From a virus (taxonomy: Duplodnaviria > Caudoviricetes): a DNA stretch of 57,205 nt. The translations under genes and the position numbers were made by a program. Positions 30,266 through 40,434 of this stretch are shown piece by piece. Each line of letters starts with the position of its first letter. The first letter of the stretch is position 1. The stretch is taken from positions 1-57,205 of the IMG/VR virus record IMGVR_UViG_3300032309_001424; one strand, given 5' to 3'. The notes beneath the pieces were generated by a model, which was not told where the DNA came from, searched no databases, and saw only the letters and a list, made by a program, of their open reading frames with translations.

Positions 30266-33200
30266 CTAAGCCTGTGCTTCAGACCATGATAGCTTAGCTG
30301 ATGCGAGTGTTGGATTACCTGTGAGTCGTGATACTGCAATAGTAAGAATATCAGGACCATCAGGGTAGATAGAGTCTCCACCAAGAATTGAGTTTGAGAG
30401 CTCGAAGAGTGTGGAAACGTCTACCACTGTTGTTTCTTCAACTCCACCTTGACCACCAGATGCACGGAAGTTGTAAACCTGAACTCCACCAGATACGGTG
30501 TCAGCAGCAGTGTGCTCGACAATCTGTGTGAGAGATGGTGAATCTACTCCAACGAAACCTAAGTTGTTAAGTCGTGAGTTTAGAAGAACCTTACAGTCAA
30601 CCAACTGTGTAGTAGATACACCGATTTCCTTTAAGCGTAGCTGCATTCGGTTAATAACATCTCGATCACCAAGTTTACCTGTCAAACCAGATGATACTGA
30701 TGGAGAAAGGCGAATTGAGATAAGAGGCTGGTAGTTAGGACCAGAAGTATTATTTGCAGATCCATCTGGATAGAGGAAGTATGTGTACTGAGTATTACCT
30801 TGAGATGTAAAGTTAATAACTTCAGAGATAGCAGCTCCTGGCTGAGCAATACTAGTTACTGAGAATGATCCAGTAGCTGTGTATGTAAATACTGTATCGC
30901 TGGTTCTAGTTATATAAAACGGACCATTTGGTAGGTTTGTTGCAGTTAGTCCATAAATACCTACATACATTCCTGTGGTTAAACCATGATTTGTTGCTGT
31001 AGTAACTGTAACTGTACTACCTGTACGCTCAACTGTAGCTCCAACAGTAATAGTTGCATTAAGAGGAGTTAAATGGATCAAGTTAGCTGAGTTAACAAAT
31101 GCTTTGTACTTAGCATTGTTAGTTAGATTTGCTAATGTGTTAGATCCCACTACTTGTGTGGTTGGGTTGAGTGAGTTAACACCAAGTAAACCATTGGAAC
31201 CAATTGATTGGAACTGTAGGATATCTCCTGTTGTAAATCCGTGACTTTGAACTGTGAATAAATCTGTAGAAAGATTGATTCCAGTTGAAGCAAAGGACTT
31301 AGCTGTAGTTCCAAGAACGTTCAATGTTTGGCTAGAACCTGTAAACAAGTAAGCGTTATCGTCATCGAAACGGCCATCCATCATTACAGAAGTTCCCCAG
31401 TGGAACAGAGAAGGAATGTAAGTTGGATTATTATAGGTAACAACTTCATATCGTGCTGGCAAGTTACCAGAGCGAAGGTATGATTCAAACAAATTGTTAT
31501 TGTGAACATACTCGTGTACATACTGAACCTGACCATCGGTTGTTTTAAATCCGAAGCGAATCTTACCCGCTCCGTACCAAGAGTAATCGATGTAAGCCAT
31601 CTGAATACGGCTTAGATCAAGATTGTATCCAGTAACACCAGAACCATCACAGATATCAATTGACCATTCTTCCTGAGGAACCTTAGTATCAACAGTCTTA
31701 GTGACAATAATACCTGACTTAGCTGGAACAAAGGAGTGAACTGTTGTTGTTCCTAAACTTGAAAGGTTTACAAAGCCAACTGAATCTGGAGCTGCTTTAA
31801 TCTTAAAGCTGTTGTTATCAATAAGAGACACATAATATGTACGTCCATTGATAAGACCACCGATTGGCTCTCCATCAATAGAGTTATATGTAACTGGTAG
31901 TAGATCACTAAAACCATGACTAATAATTGAAAATGTATCTGTTGTTGTATTTACAACTGCTGAAGGGTTAAACTCTTTTTCTGTTCCAGATGAACCCTTG
32001 TATTCAGGACGAACTGACATGCGAGTCTGGCTAGAAATCTCCACAATTCTATACGACTGACCACGCATAACAACATAGTCACCAACAGCGAGCTGAGCTT
32101 GGAAACTTGTATTAGTTCCAAAAATCAACTCTGATCCTTGTAAAGCAGCTACAGTTCCTGCAATCTGCTGAGTAGATGAACGACGAACTGCGTAAATTTT
32201 AGTTCCATCGTACTCAAAGAACATACCATTCTGATCATCGAACATACCAGTTCTAACAGCTCCATTTGTCCATTGTGTTACATAGAACTGAGGGAACCCG
32301 TAAGCTCTTGTCTCTATAATAGGCTGAGCAGCTGTAATTCTAAAAGTTAAGAGATCTACAACAGTAACAGCAAAGGTTCCATTGTAAACAGTACTTGGAT
32401 CTCCAAATGAATCTGTTGCTTCACTTATTCTAACGTTAAGACCTGAAATCAGCCCGTGTGGACGACGAGTCTTACATTCAACAACTTGACCACCAAACCG
32501 AGTCATGCTTTCAATATCAATAGAAGGTTTAAAGTTAATACCGCATGATGTTTGAATACCTTTACCTGATTGGTAACGGAAGTACTTACGAGTTTGACGA
32601 ACAATCTGTCCTAGTGATGTACTAGCACCAACGGACATTTCCACACCGCCGTCAAATGGACGATGCAGTGAATATCCTTCTGGACGAACATATACGAATG
32701 TAGGATATGAGTAAGAAACTGCGTTATACGCAGAAGCATATGGACGGTCTACAGAAATCTGTGTATCAGAGCCAATAGCTGTAATACGACGAATAATTGG
32801 TCCTACTGGAGTTGTTCTTGTAAAGCTGAAGTAAGGAATCGATCCAACAGTACCTTGATTTGAAATCGCCACCACGTTGATGTTAGCAACTGCATCAGAT
32901 GCTGAAGAGTGTAATGTAATTGTGTTTGCTGATACAGCTCGAACAAAGTAGTAGAACTGATCAACTAGTGGTGCTGGCGCTACTCCACCATTTACACTAA
33001 ACTGCACGGTATCTCCTGTTGTAAATCCGTGGGAGTTTTTAGTAATTATGTTAGTTGATGTATTAAAATCAGCTGGAACAACATTAATATTTATAATTGT
33101 ATTAGGCGGGAATAAACGGAATCTATCTCCCACTTTAAGAATCTTTGAGAACTGAGTACCAATACCATTTACAAGAACAGAACCAGAAACAATACTTACA

Positions 33201-36200
33201 GTACCTCCTCCAGTAATGTTTCCGTTTAACTGAGAAGTTGTAAATTTGTGACCAACGCCAGTTCCAAAATCTGTAACGGATAGTGTAGTACCAGAGGCAG
33301 CGTTATTTGCACTGGTTGCAAGTCTAAAATAGTCTTTGTTAATTGCAACAACATAGTAGTCTGTTAAATCTGTAAGACCCGTAATGACAGTTGCAGAATC
33401 TCCTTTATCATATCTAAGTTTAGTTCCTGTCAAGAAACCATGAGAGACAAGCTTAAATGCACTTAAATTTAAATCAAGAGCTGTTCTTGGGTTAAATGTT
33501 TTTGTAATAATAGGAACTCTTCCAGCTGCAGCAACAGTAAATGAGTTTGCAGTTGGTACAGAAGCAATTGTATAGATTCCATCTGGAGTCTTGCTAAGAG
33601 ACTGTAAGGAGTGGATACCGACACCAGCAGGTGTGTCAGTAATATTTACTGCTATTCCAGCATCTGCATTTTCTGGAGTGGTTGCAAGTTTAATCTTGTT
33701 TCCATCAACGAAAATCACATAATACGGAGTTGCAGTTGTTAGTCCGTTAATTACTGTTTGACCCTTTGCATCATATAGAACAAGTTCTTTTTGCAAGAAT
33801 CCATGATTAGGTATAGCTAAAGTATCTGCAGCAAAATCAAGCGCTGTGACTAATAATGACTGAGTTCCACCACCTACAGCATTGATATTAATAGGATTTG
33901 AGAGATCAGCATTTGATGAAAGTTTAATAGTGCTGTTGTCTACTTTAATAACAAAGTAGTCGTTGTTATGTACAAGCCCGCCAATGCTAGATGATCCACC
34001 ATTATTATATCTAACAGCTTGTCCAGAAATAAGTCCATGGTTAGGAACATATAAAGTATCTGCTGCAATATTAACTGTAACAAATATAAAGCTGTGTTCT
34101 GTTCCAGTTCCTGGAGATGTAAAATTAATTGCAGGTGTTGCAGGGTCTAAAGCTATTTTTAATCTAATTTGATTAGAGTTTAAAACTTCTTGTACAAAGT
34201 AAGTACTTAAATGATCTAATCCACCTATAGAACCCGTATTGTTACCAGCTGGGTTTCCACTACCATTGTTGTATTGAATTGGCTGATCTACCAAGAAACC
34301 ATGGGCAGTAATTGTTAACACATCAGTTGCTGTGTTTACTACTACACGAGACAATCTATCTGGTGTTACTGTAGAACGACCAGAGGGGGTAGTTAAATTA
34401 ATAGTTGTAAAGCTTGGAGAAGGGGTTGAACTTAATCTATAAGTAAAGGCATCTACAACATTTACATAATAAATAGTTCCATTAGCTAAACCTGCAGGAG
34501 CTGTTGTATTAAAGGTAGGAGTGACTGCTTCACCTGCAGATAATGTATGAGCTGTAGGGCTATAAACTAGATCGTTTGCAGCGTCATAGTTAATTGGAAT
34601 AAAAGCGTGATATGAGTTACCAGCTGGAGCAATAGCAATTTTATTTGTTCCTGCTTCAGAGTCTGCTGCAGTTGGATAAACTTCGTTTCCGTTAGTAAAT
34701 GATGACACTAGAGTAGCTACAACAGAGCCATCTCCAGTGTTATATGAACTAAGGTTTGTAATTGAAACGCTATTAAATGTTGTAGTTCCATCATATGAGC
34801 CATTAGATGTTCCAACGTTAGTTGCAGTCGGGATAATAAAAGATCCTCCACCAGCACCAACTACACCATTTGTGGTTGTTCTTGCTGCAACACCACCAGA
34901 GTAGCCACCGCCACCACCAGTTTGTGCAGCCAAGTTTCCATCAGCTGATCCACCACCACCAAAACCACCATTACCGCCGATGCGACCACTTTGCGCTACT
35001 GCTGTAAGTCCATCATTAAAAGCACCACCACCAGTATTATTAAAACCAATAGCACCGCCATTTCCACCTCTTGAGGTAAAACCACCACCAGCACCAGAGT
35101 TACCGCCTTGAGCACTACCACCAATAGCTACAACTAGTCCAGAAGTACTACCCTGAGAGTTGTTTCCAGCTAGACGATTTGTAGTTGCGTCTAAACCAGC
35201 TGTAGCACCTGAAGATGCACTTCCTCCACCAGCAATAAACAAAGGCTCTCTAGGGTTTTTACGAACAACAAATGTTCCACCACCAGCTCCGTTAAAGTTG
35301 TTTGCAGCTGTACTTGTTCCACTCTCTCCACGTTGTCCTACAGCAATGGTAATAATCTCACCCTTGTTAAGGACTACTCTTCCTGTTACTCTTGCTCCTC
35401 TACCTGGTGATACAAAAAGAGCAGCTGTTCCAGATGAAGAAGCACTATTAATGTTTGCGTTGGTTCTAACATAAGTAAATGTAGTTCCAGTAGGGACGGT
35501 TGTAATTCTATAAGTACCGTCAAATACAGCATTGTTTGCACCGCTTATTGTCACGCCTTGGCCAATAACAAAACCATGTGAGGCTGATGTTGTAATAGTT
35601 GCAACATTCGAAGTTAACTGTGTGTTAGAGATTGTTGCACTACTAGCTGGTGCGGCATAAGCAGATGCTCCACGAACGTCAAATGAGTAAATACCAGATA
35701 CTGGAACTGTCCAATCTTGATATCCTTCAAAATCACCTTGATTTACATATGTTTGAGTAAATGGTGCTGAAGCTGTATACGCATTTCTTATTTGAGAAAT
35801 AGTAGGACCAGTACGTCCAGTTTGATTACAAGAAGTGAAAGTATGAGCTGTGAAAGCATAGAGTGATTGTTGACCAGCAAAGTCAGATACAGATACGTTC
35901 TTTAAAAAGTAAGTATTTCCGCTTACAAGACCAGTAAGTGGTGTGCCAGTTGTGAAATATTTTACAGCTTGGTTTGATGTAGTAGCTCCATCGATATTTA
36001 CTTTATTATTGTAAACAATAGGAGTATTAAAAGTAATCGATCCTGGCTCATAACTAATTGAGTTAATGGATGCTCCACCAGATGCTGCACTAAATTTAAG
36101 TTTTTTAGGCTCTGTAGTTGTTACATAGACAAGCTGTCCTTCTGTGTAACCACCAATAGAGCCCACACCAGCTGCATAAATAAAAGAAGCTCCATTTGAA

Positions 36201-36325
36201 AGCGTAGCTGGAATTGTGTCTCCAGCAACGTTCTTATAATAGATATAGTCATCTGCAGTGTTTACGTTAGTACGTCTTAAGGAGTGAGTACCAGCAGTAC
36301 CGACCGCCGTTGGATTAATTGGCAT
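30266..36325 (-). CDS. Giant virion structural protein (2019 aa): ALK/LTK-like glycine-rich domain, about 11 His-Gly repeat modules and a conserved phage core
   Basis: GGAG RBS; repeats and the motifs RQTRKYFRYQSGKG, GMFDDQNGMFFE and IDYSWYGAGKIRFG. Confidence 0.75.
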   Translation of the reverse strand: MPINPTAVGTAGTHSLRRTNVNTADDYIYYKNVAGDTIPATLSNGASFIYAAGVGSIGGYTEGQLVYVTTTEPKKLKFSAASGGASINSISYEPGSITFNTPIVYNNKVNIDGATTSNQAVKYFTTGTPLTGLVSGNTYFLKNVSVSDFAGQQSLYAFTAHTFTSCNQTGRTGPTISQIRNAYTASAPFTQTYVNQGDFEGYQDWTVPVSGIYSFDVRGASAYAAPASSATISNTQLTSNVATITTSASHGFVIGQGVTISGANNAVFDGTYRITTVPTGTTFTYVRTNANINSASSSGTAALFVSPGRGARVTGRVVLNKGEIITIAVGQRGESGTSTAANNFNGAGGGTFVVRKNPREPLFIAGGGSASSGATAGLDATTNRLAGNNSQGSTSGLVVAIGGSAQGGNSGAGGGFTSRGGNGGAIGFNNTGGGAFNDGLTAVAQSGRIGGNGGFGGGGSADGNLAAQTGGGGGYSGGVAARTTTNGVVGAGGGSFIIPTATNVGTSNGSYDGTTTFNSVSITNLSSYNTGDGSVVATLVSSFTNGNEVYPTAADSEAGTNKIAIAPAGNSYHAFIPINYDAANDLVYSPTAHTLSAGEAVTPTFNTTAPAGLANGTIYYVNVVDAFTYRLSSTPSPSFTTINLTTPSGRSTVTPDRLSRVVVNTATDVLTITAHGFLVDQPIQYNNGSGNPAGNNTGSIGGLDHLSTYFVQEVLNSNQIRLKIALDPATPAINFTSPGTGTEHSFIFVTVNIAADTLYVPNHGLISGQAVRYNNGGSSSIGGLVHNNDYFVIKVDNSTIKLSSNADLSNPININAVGGGTQSLLVTALDFAADTLAIPNHGFLQKELVLYDAKGQTVINGLTTATPYYVIFVDGNKIKLATTPENADAGIAVNITDTPAGVGIHSLQSLSKTPDGIYTIASVPTANSFTVAAAGRVPIITKTFNPRTALDLNLSAFKLVSHGFLTGTKLRYDKGDSATVITGLTDLTDYYVVAINKDYFRLATSANNAASGTTLSVTDFGTGVGHKFTTSQLNGNITGGGTVSIVSGSVLVNGIGTQFSKILKVGDRFRLFPPNTIININVVPADFNTSTNIITKNSHGFTTGDTVQFSVNGGVAPAPLVDQFYYFVRAVSANTITLHSSASDAVANINVVAISNQGTVGSIPYFSFTRTTPVGPIIRRITAIGSDTQISVDRPYASAYNAVSYSYPTFVYVRPEGYSLHRPFDGGVEMSVGASTSLGQIVRQTRKYFRYQSGKGIQTSCGINFKPSIDIESMTRFGGQVVECKTRRPHGLISGLNVRISEATDSFGDPSTVYNGTFAVTVVDLLTFRITAAQPIIETRAYGFPQFYVTQWTNGAVRTGMFDDQNGMFFEYDGTKIYAVRRSSTQQIAGTVAALQGSELIFGTNTSFQAQLAVGDYVVMRGQSYRIVEISSQTRMSVRPEYKGSSGTEKEFNPSAVVNTTTDTFSIISHGFSDLLPVTYNSIDGEPIGGLINGRTYYVSLIDNNSFKIKAAPDSVGFVNLSSLGTTTVHSFVPAKSGIIVTKTVDTKVPQEEWSIDICDGSGVTGYNLDLSRIQMAYIDYSWYGAGKIRFGFKTTDGQVQYVHEYVHNNNLFESYLRSGNLPARYEVVTYNNPTYIPSLFHWGTSVMMDGRFDDDNAYLFTGSSQTLNVLGTTAKSFASTGINLSTDLFTVQSHGFTTGDILQFQSIGSNGLLGVNSLNPTTQVVGSNTLANLTNNAKYKAFVNSANLIHLTPLNATITVGATVERTGSTVTVTTATNHGLTTGMYVGIYGLTATNLPNGPFYITRTSDTVFTYTATGSFSVTSIAQPGAAISEVINFTSQGNTQYTYFLYPDGSANNTSGPNYQPLISIRLSPSVSSGLTGKLGDRDVINRMQLRLKEIGVSTTQLVDCKVLLNSRLNNLGFVGVDSPSLTQIVEHTAADTVSGGVQVYNFRASGGQGGVEETTVVDVSTLFELSNSILGGDSIYPDGPDILTIAVSRLTGNPTLASAKLSWSEAQA

Positions 36326-36336
36326 TTATTGTCTCC

Positions 36337-39300
36337 TTAGATCCTAGTTATCTGAACGTAGCCAGCGCCGTCACGGTATCCAATGTTTGCAATTGCGACA
36401 CCATTAAATGTTCCAGATCCGTTATATTGAGCATCACTTGTGCCAACGTTAGTTGCTGAGCTAATTATAAATGAGCCTCCACCAATACCAGAGGAAATGT
36501 TTCCACCACCTGAGGTGTAACCGCCAGGACCGCCAGTGTAGCCACCACCGCCACCACCAGTGTTGTTACCAGTGTGACCGCCTCCACCGCCACCAAAGCC
36601 ACCAAGAACGTTAGTAGAGCTGCTAGCGTTACCGCCAATTGCATAAAAAGTTCCAAAGATATTTGATCCGCTAAAACCAGCACCTTGAGTAAATTGATGT
36701 TGATTACCGTCAGAGGATCCAGCAGACTCAGATAGCGAACGACTAGGATATAGCTGACCTCCACTATTAAGACCACCACCGCCACCGCCGTGATACCCAG
36801 GGCCACCTTGTCCAATAACAGGGTCTGAACCGCTATTTATTGGTGCTAAGCTTCCAGACCAGATAGGTCTTTCACGAGTTTGACCGCTATGGAATTGTTG
36901 TCCACCCCATACGGAGTAGCTTCCTCCGCCACCACCAGCAATAATTATTGGATTAAGTGTTCCACCAACTACAACAAATGTTCCACCGCCACCAGCAGCA
37001 TTTGAATCAGGGGCTGATGTTCCACCACTTGGAAGTTGCCCGATAACCATCTCTAGTGTTGACCCTTGAGTTAAGCTAACTCTTCCACGCATAACCGCAC
37101 CAAAAGTTGCACCTGGATTGTTAGCAGCTTGTTGACCTCTTGCTCCAGCAGCAATAATTTCATACACTCCAGTAGCTGGAACTGTCCACAGCTGATATCC
37201 GTTTGCTCTACCTTGGTTTAGGTAAGTATTAGCCCACGCTGGGCTTCCAACGCCAACTCTTGCCTGAGCTATGCTTGGACCAAAGCGTCCTTGTACTCCA
37301 CCTGAAGTAAATGTTGCAGATGTAAATGCATACAACTGTGGAGCTGGGTTGATTTGGAATGTAATAGTAGAGAATCCTTGTAAACCACCAACATCTGTTG
37401 CTCTAACAATTACTTGACGACCAGGAGCAGCAATTGTTTCTGTAGGAGTTCCTGTAATAGAGCCATTTGATGTATTAAAGTTAAGACCTGTAGGAAGGGT
37501 TCCGCTTGATATTGCCCATGTAAGAGGAGCAACAAGATTTGATGTTGTAAATGTAATGGCAGTCATTGCAGCATCTGCAAAGATATTTTCACGAGAAACG
37601 GTAGATGGGTTAATAGCACCTACAGTTGCATTAATAATAAACGTATGAGTCTGGAATGCAGTTGCACCGCCAGCATCAGTTGCTGTAATAATAACTACTC
37701 TTCCTGGAGATGCAATAGCTTCTACAGGAGTACCGCTAATTGATCCAGTTGATGTATTTAAGCTAAGTCCGTTAGGCAAAACTCCACTAGTTACTGCAAA
37801 TGTAAGAGGAAGAGTTAAACCTATAGGTGTTGCTGTTGTAGGAGTTATTGTAGTTCCACGATCAACAGTAGTAGATACTGTAAGAGGAGATAGATCTCCT
37901 GTTGTCTGATTTAATGTAAAGTTGTGAGCATCATATCTTGTCTGAACAAAGTAAAAGTCTTTTATTTCTGAAGCATCCCCAACGCTGAATCTTCCACCTT
38001 CTGGATATTCATATTGAAGCATATCTAAATCTAAAAATCCATTGTCTTTTACATGGAAAATATCTTTATCTAGTGAAATTCCAATCTTTTTAAATGTATG
38101 CGTACCTGATCCACCTGATATTGATGTAATAACTGATCCATTTGGAAGAGGCTTTAGTGTAAAAGTATAGCTAGTTGAGGATCCTTGACGGAAAAAACTG
38201 TCAACAAAGTATGTTGTATTGTTAGTAAGACCTGAATATGCTGACCCAGTGCTGTTATAAAATAACATAGTACCTGTATACCAAAGTAGCTCTGTTGCAC
38301 TAGTTACTGTTACGTTTGATGCACTAACAGCTGACACTGTTACAGCAGCATCAGCACTATTTGTTGCGTCAAAAACTTTTGCATCGCCCTTTAAAATAGT
38401 TAGAGTCGTCTGCGTTAATTCGTTTTGATTATTACCAGCAAAGGTACGAGCTTGGTTAGCAAGTTGGAATGTTCCAGAAAGAGATCCTGTTATTGGAATT
38501 ACATCTCCGTCTGGTACAGCGCTTACTTGAAAAGTAGATGTTGAAGCTCCAAGAGTTCCTACTGTTTTTAAGAAAACAACTCCACGAGGGTTAGTAGCAA
38601 AATACCCTGACCCACCAGTTAAAGAATAATATAAAGGAGTTCCTAAAACTCTACCTGAAAAATTTTCGCTTCCATGGGCAACTGTTATAGTGTTGTTAGG
38701 AATACTTACTCCAGAAATATTACTTGTTACACCACCTATAGTTGCAGAGTTAGACCAATCTATGTTAATTGAAGAAAGAGTATTTGAACCATCAAAAGTC
38801 TGAGCTGTTGCAGAGTTTGTAGCATCAAAAGACTTTGCAGTTGTGTTTGTGGCAGGGAATTCTTGAGAGATTGTTGAGTTAAGATTTAAGAAATAAAAAG
38901 GAGTATTTACTTTAAACCCGTGGGAACTTGCTGTAGTTACAGTTAGTGTAGATGTTGCTGAGTCATTTGTTAAAATACCATCTCCATCTGCAATACGAAG
39001 CTGTGATCCCTGAAAAAATTCACCTGTAATAATAGAAGAGTACAAATCTTCAATTGACGCAGTAGTTCCTTGATTTGCTTTACAAAGATAAGTAAAAGTC
39101 GTGCTATTTGGAATAGAGTTAATAATGTAAGAACCGTCTGCTGTTACAGACTTAGTTCCTGTGACTGAAATAGGAATACCTACAGAAAGAAGGTGGTCAA
39201 AGTCAGTAGTTACAGTAATTTCACGAGTACCAGCGTTAGTTGTAATAGCTCTAATGCCTGGAATAGTAGTATCACCACTTTTTGAAAAGAAAGAAGGGGT

Positions 39301-39483
39301 GTTGTTAATAAGCTCAACAGTTTCCCATTTTGTTGGCTGTAGACCGTATTCAAAGTCTGTATCAATAAGGTTTTCAGGCTGCGAAATACGGAGTTTCGTT
39401 ACTGGATCAATAAACTCCTTTGGGAAGATGATTTCTCCGCCTGAAGTTGAGCTACCACTGCTACCACCTAGAAAACCTGGCAT
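36337..39483 (-). CDS. Giant virion protein (1048 aa): repeat modules, two He_PIG-like Ig domains and a C-terminal ALK/LTK-like glycine-rich domain
   Basis: G-x-LP-x-GL-x-x-NTS-x-GSI-x-GTP twice; WTVPATGVYEI and GGGGTFVV; GAGG RBS. Confidence 0.75.
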   Translation of the reverse strand: MPGFLGGSSGSSTSGGEIIFPKEFIDPVTKLRISQPENLIDTDFEYGLQPTKWETVELINNTPSFFSKSGDTTIPGIRAITTNAGTREITVTTDFDHLLSVGIPISVTGTKSVTADGSYIINSIPNSTTFTYLCKANQGTTASIEDLYSSIITGEFFQGSQLRIADGDGILTNDSATSTLTVTTASSHGFKVNTPFYFLNLNSTISQEFPATNTTAKSFDATNSATAQTFDGSNTLSSINIDWSNSATIGGVTSNISGVSIPNNTITVAHGSENFSGRVLGTPLYYSLTGGSGYFATNPRGVVFLKTVGTLGASTSTFQVSAVPDGDVIPITGSLSGTFQLANQARTFAGNNQNELTQTTLTILKGDAKVFDATNSADAAVTVSAVSASNVTVTSATELLWYTGTMLFYNSTGSAYSGLTNNTTYFVDSFFRQGSSTSYTFTLKPLPNGSVITSISGGSGTHTFKKIGISLDKDIFHVKDNGFLDLDMLQYEYPEGGRFSVGDASEIKDFYFVQTRYDAHNFTLNQTTGDLSPLTVSTTVDRGTTITPTTATPIGLTLPLTFAVTSGVLPNGLSLNTSTGSISGTPVEAIASPGRVVIITATDAGGATAFQTHTFIINATVGAINPSTVSRENIFADAAMTAITFTTSNLVAPLTWAISSGTLPTGLNFNTSNGSITGTPTETIAAPGRQVIVRATDVGGLQGFSTITFQINPAPQLYAFTSATFTSGGVQGRFGPSIAQARVGVGSPAWANTYLNQGRANGYQLWTVPATGVYEIIAAGARGQQAANNPGATFGAVMRGRVSLTQGSTLEMVIGQLPSGGTSAPDSNAAGGGGTFVVVGGTLNPIIIAGGGGGSYSVWGGQQFHSGQTRERPIWSGSLAPINSGSDPVIGQGGPGYHGGGGGGLNSGGQLYPSRSLSESAGSSDGNQHQFTQGAGFSGSNIFGTFYAIGGNASSSTNVLGGFGGGGGGHTGNNTGGGGGGYTGGPGGYTSGGGNISSGIGGGSFIISSATNVGTSDAQYNGSGTFNGVAIANIGYRDGAGYVQITRI

Positions 39484-39568
39484 TAGAAAGTACCTCTTTC
39501 ATTACATAAGGAATTTGTGTATAGGATAGCACTATCTAGACACAGTAATAGTTGTTTCTTAATATACA

Positions 39569-40219
39569 TTATATACCTAACCACCATGCTGTAGAGATTG
39601 CAAAAGTACTTTGTGAACCTGTCGGTCCTGTAACTCCCTGAGATCCACTGGCTGTTTCTACAAAAACACCATTAAAATAAACAAAAGTTTTTGCTGTATT
39701 TGTATTAAACCACGCATCGCCATTAACCAAACCCTCGATTGATGGCTGTGTCGCAGAAGCAGTAAACTTACCAATTGGGCCTGTTGGTCCAGTAGGGCCA
39801 GGAACTTCAGATTGCGCTCCAGTTGAACCAGTAGGACCTGTCTGACCACGAGGACCAGTTGGTCCTTGAGGTCCAGTTACATTTGAATCAGCACCAGTAG
39901 GACCTGTAAAACCACGAAGACCTTGAGGACCAGTTACTCCTTGAGGACCAGTTACTCCTTGAGGACCAGTAGGGCCAGTAGGCCCTTGAGGACCAGCAAC
40001 ATCTGATACAGGACCAGTAGGGCCAGCAATACCTTGTGGACCTGTTGAACCTGTAGGTCCTAGAGCCCCTGTTGGTCCTTGAATACCTTGAGGTCCAGTA
40101 GGGCCAGTAGGAGTCACACGAAGTGCTTCCCAAACTGTTCCAGTCCATGTCCAAGTTTGACCGCCAACAGTGAATTGCTCACCAACAACTACGGGCGTTG
40201 GAAAATCAATGGCTGCCAT
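39569..40219 (-). CDS. Collagen-like fibre protein
   Basis: N-terminal IDFP cap, long Gly-X-Thr/Gln run and GDAWFNT module. Confidence 0.85.
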   Translation of the reverse strand: MAAIDFPTPVVVGEQFTVGGQTWTWTGTVWEALRVTPTGPTGPQGIQGPTGALGPTGSTGPQGIAGPTGPVSDVAGPQGPTGPTGPQGVTGPQGVTGPQGLRGFTGPTGADSNVTGPQGPTGPRGQTGPTGSTGAQSEVPGPTGPTGPIGKFTASATQPSIEGLVNGDAWFNTNTAKTFVYFNGVFVETASGSQGVTGPTGSQSTFAISTAWWLGI

Positions 40220-40251
40220 CTTGGTTTGTCCTCTCTAGTATAAACGCTATT

Positions 40252-40419
40252 TTACTCGACAACGGGTTCTTCTACCCCGCCATTAAGCTTGTTTGTATAG
40301 GCTGATGCCCAGTTAATTGCTGATGTTAAAGACTCCCACGGGCCACTCTCATCAATGACATTATCGCCATGAAGGATTTGAACCAACAGTTGATCTTCAA
40401 TTATTACATATGAAAACAT
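40252..40419 (-). CDS. Small protein (55 aa) absent from the ORF track
   Basis: MFSYVIIEDQLLVQILHGDNVIDESGPWESLTSAINWASAYTNKLNGGVEEPVVE*; GGAG RBS; fills the gap between neighbouring genes. Confidence 0.7.
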   Translation of the reverse strand: MFSYVIIEDQLLVQILHGDNVIDESGPWESLTSAINWASAYTNKLNGGVEEPVVE

Positions 40420-40434
40420 TATATCTCTCCCTCA

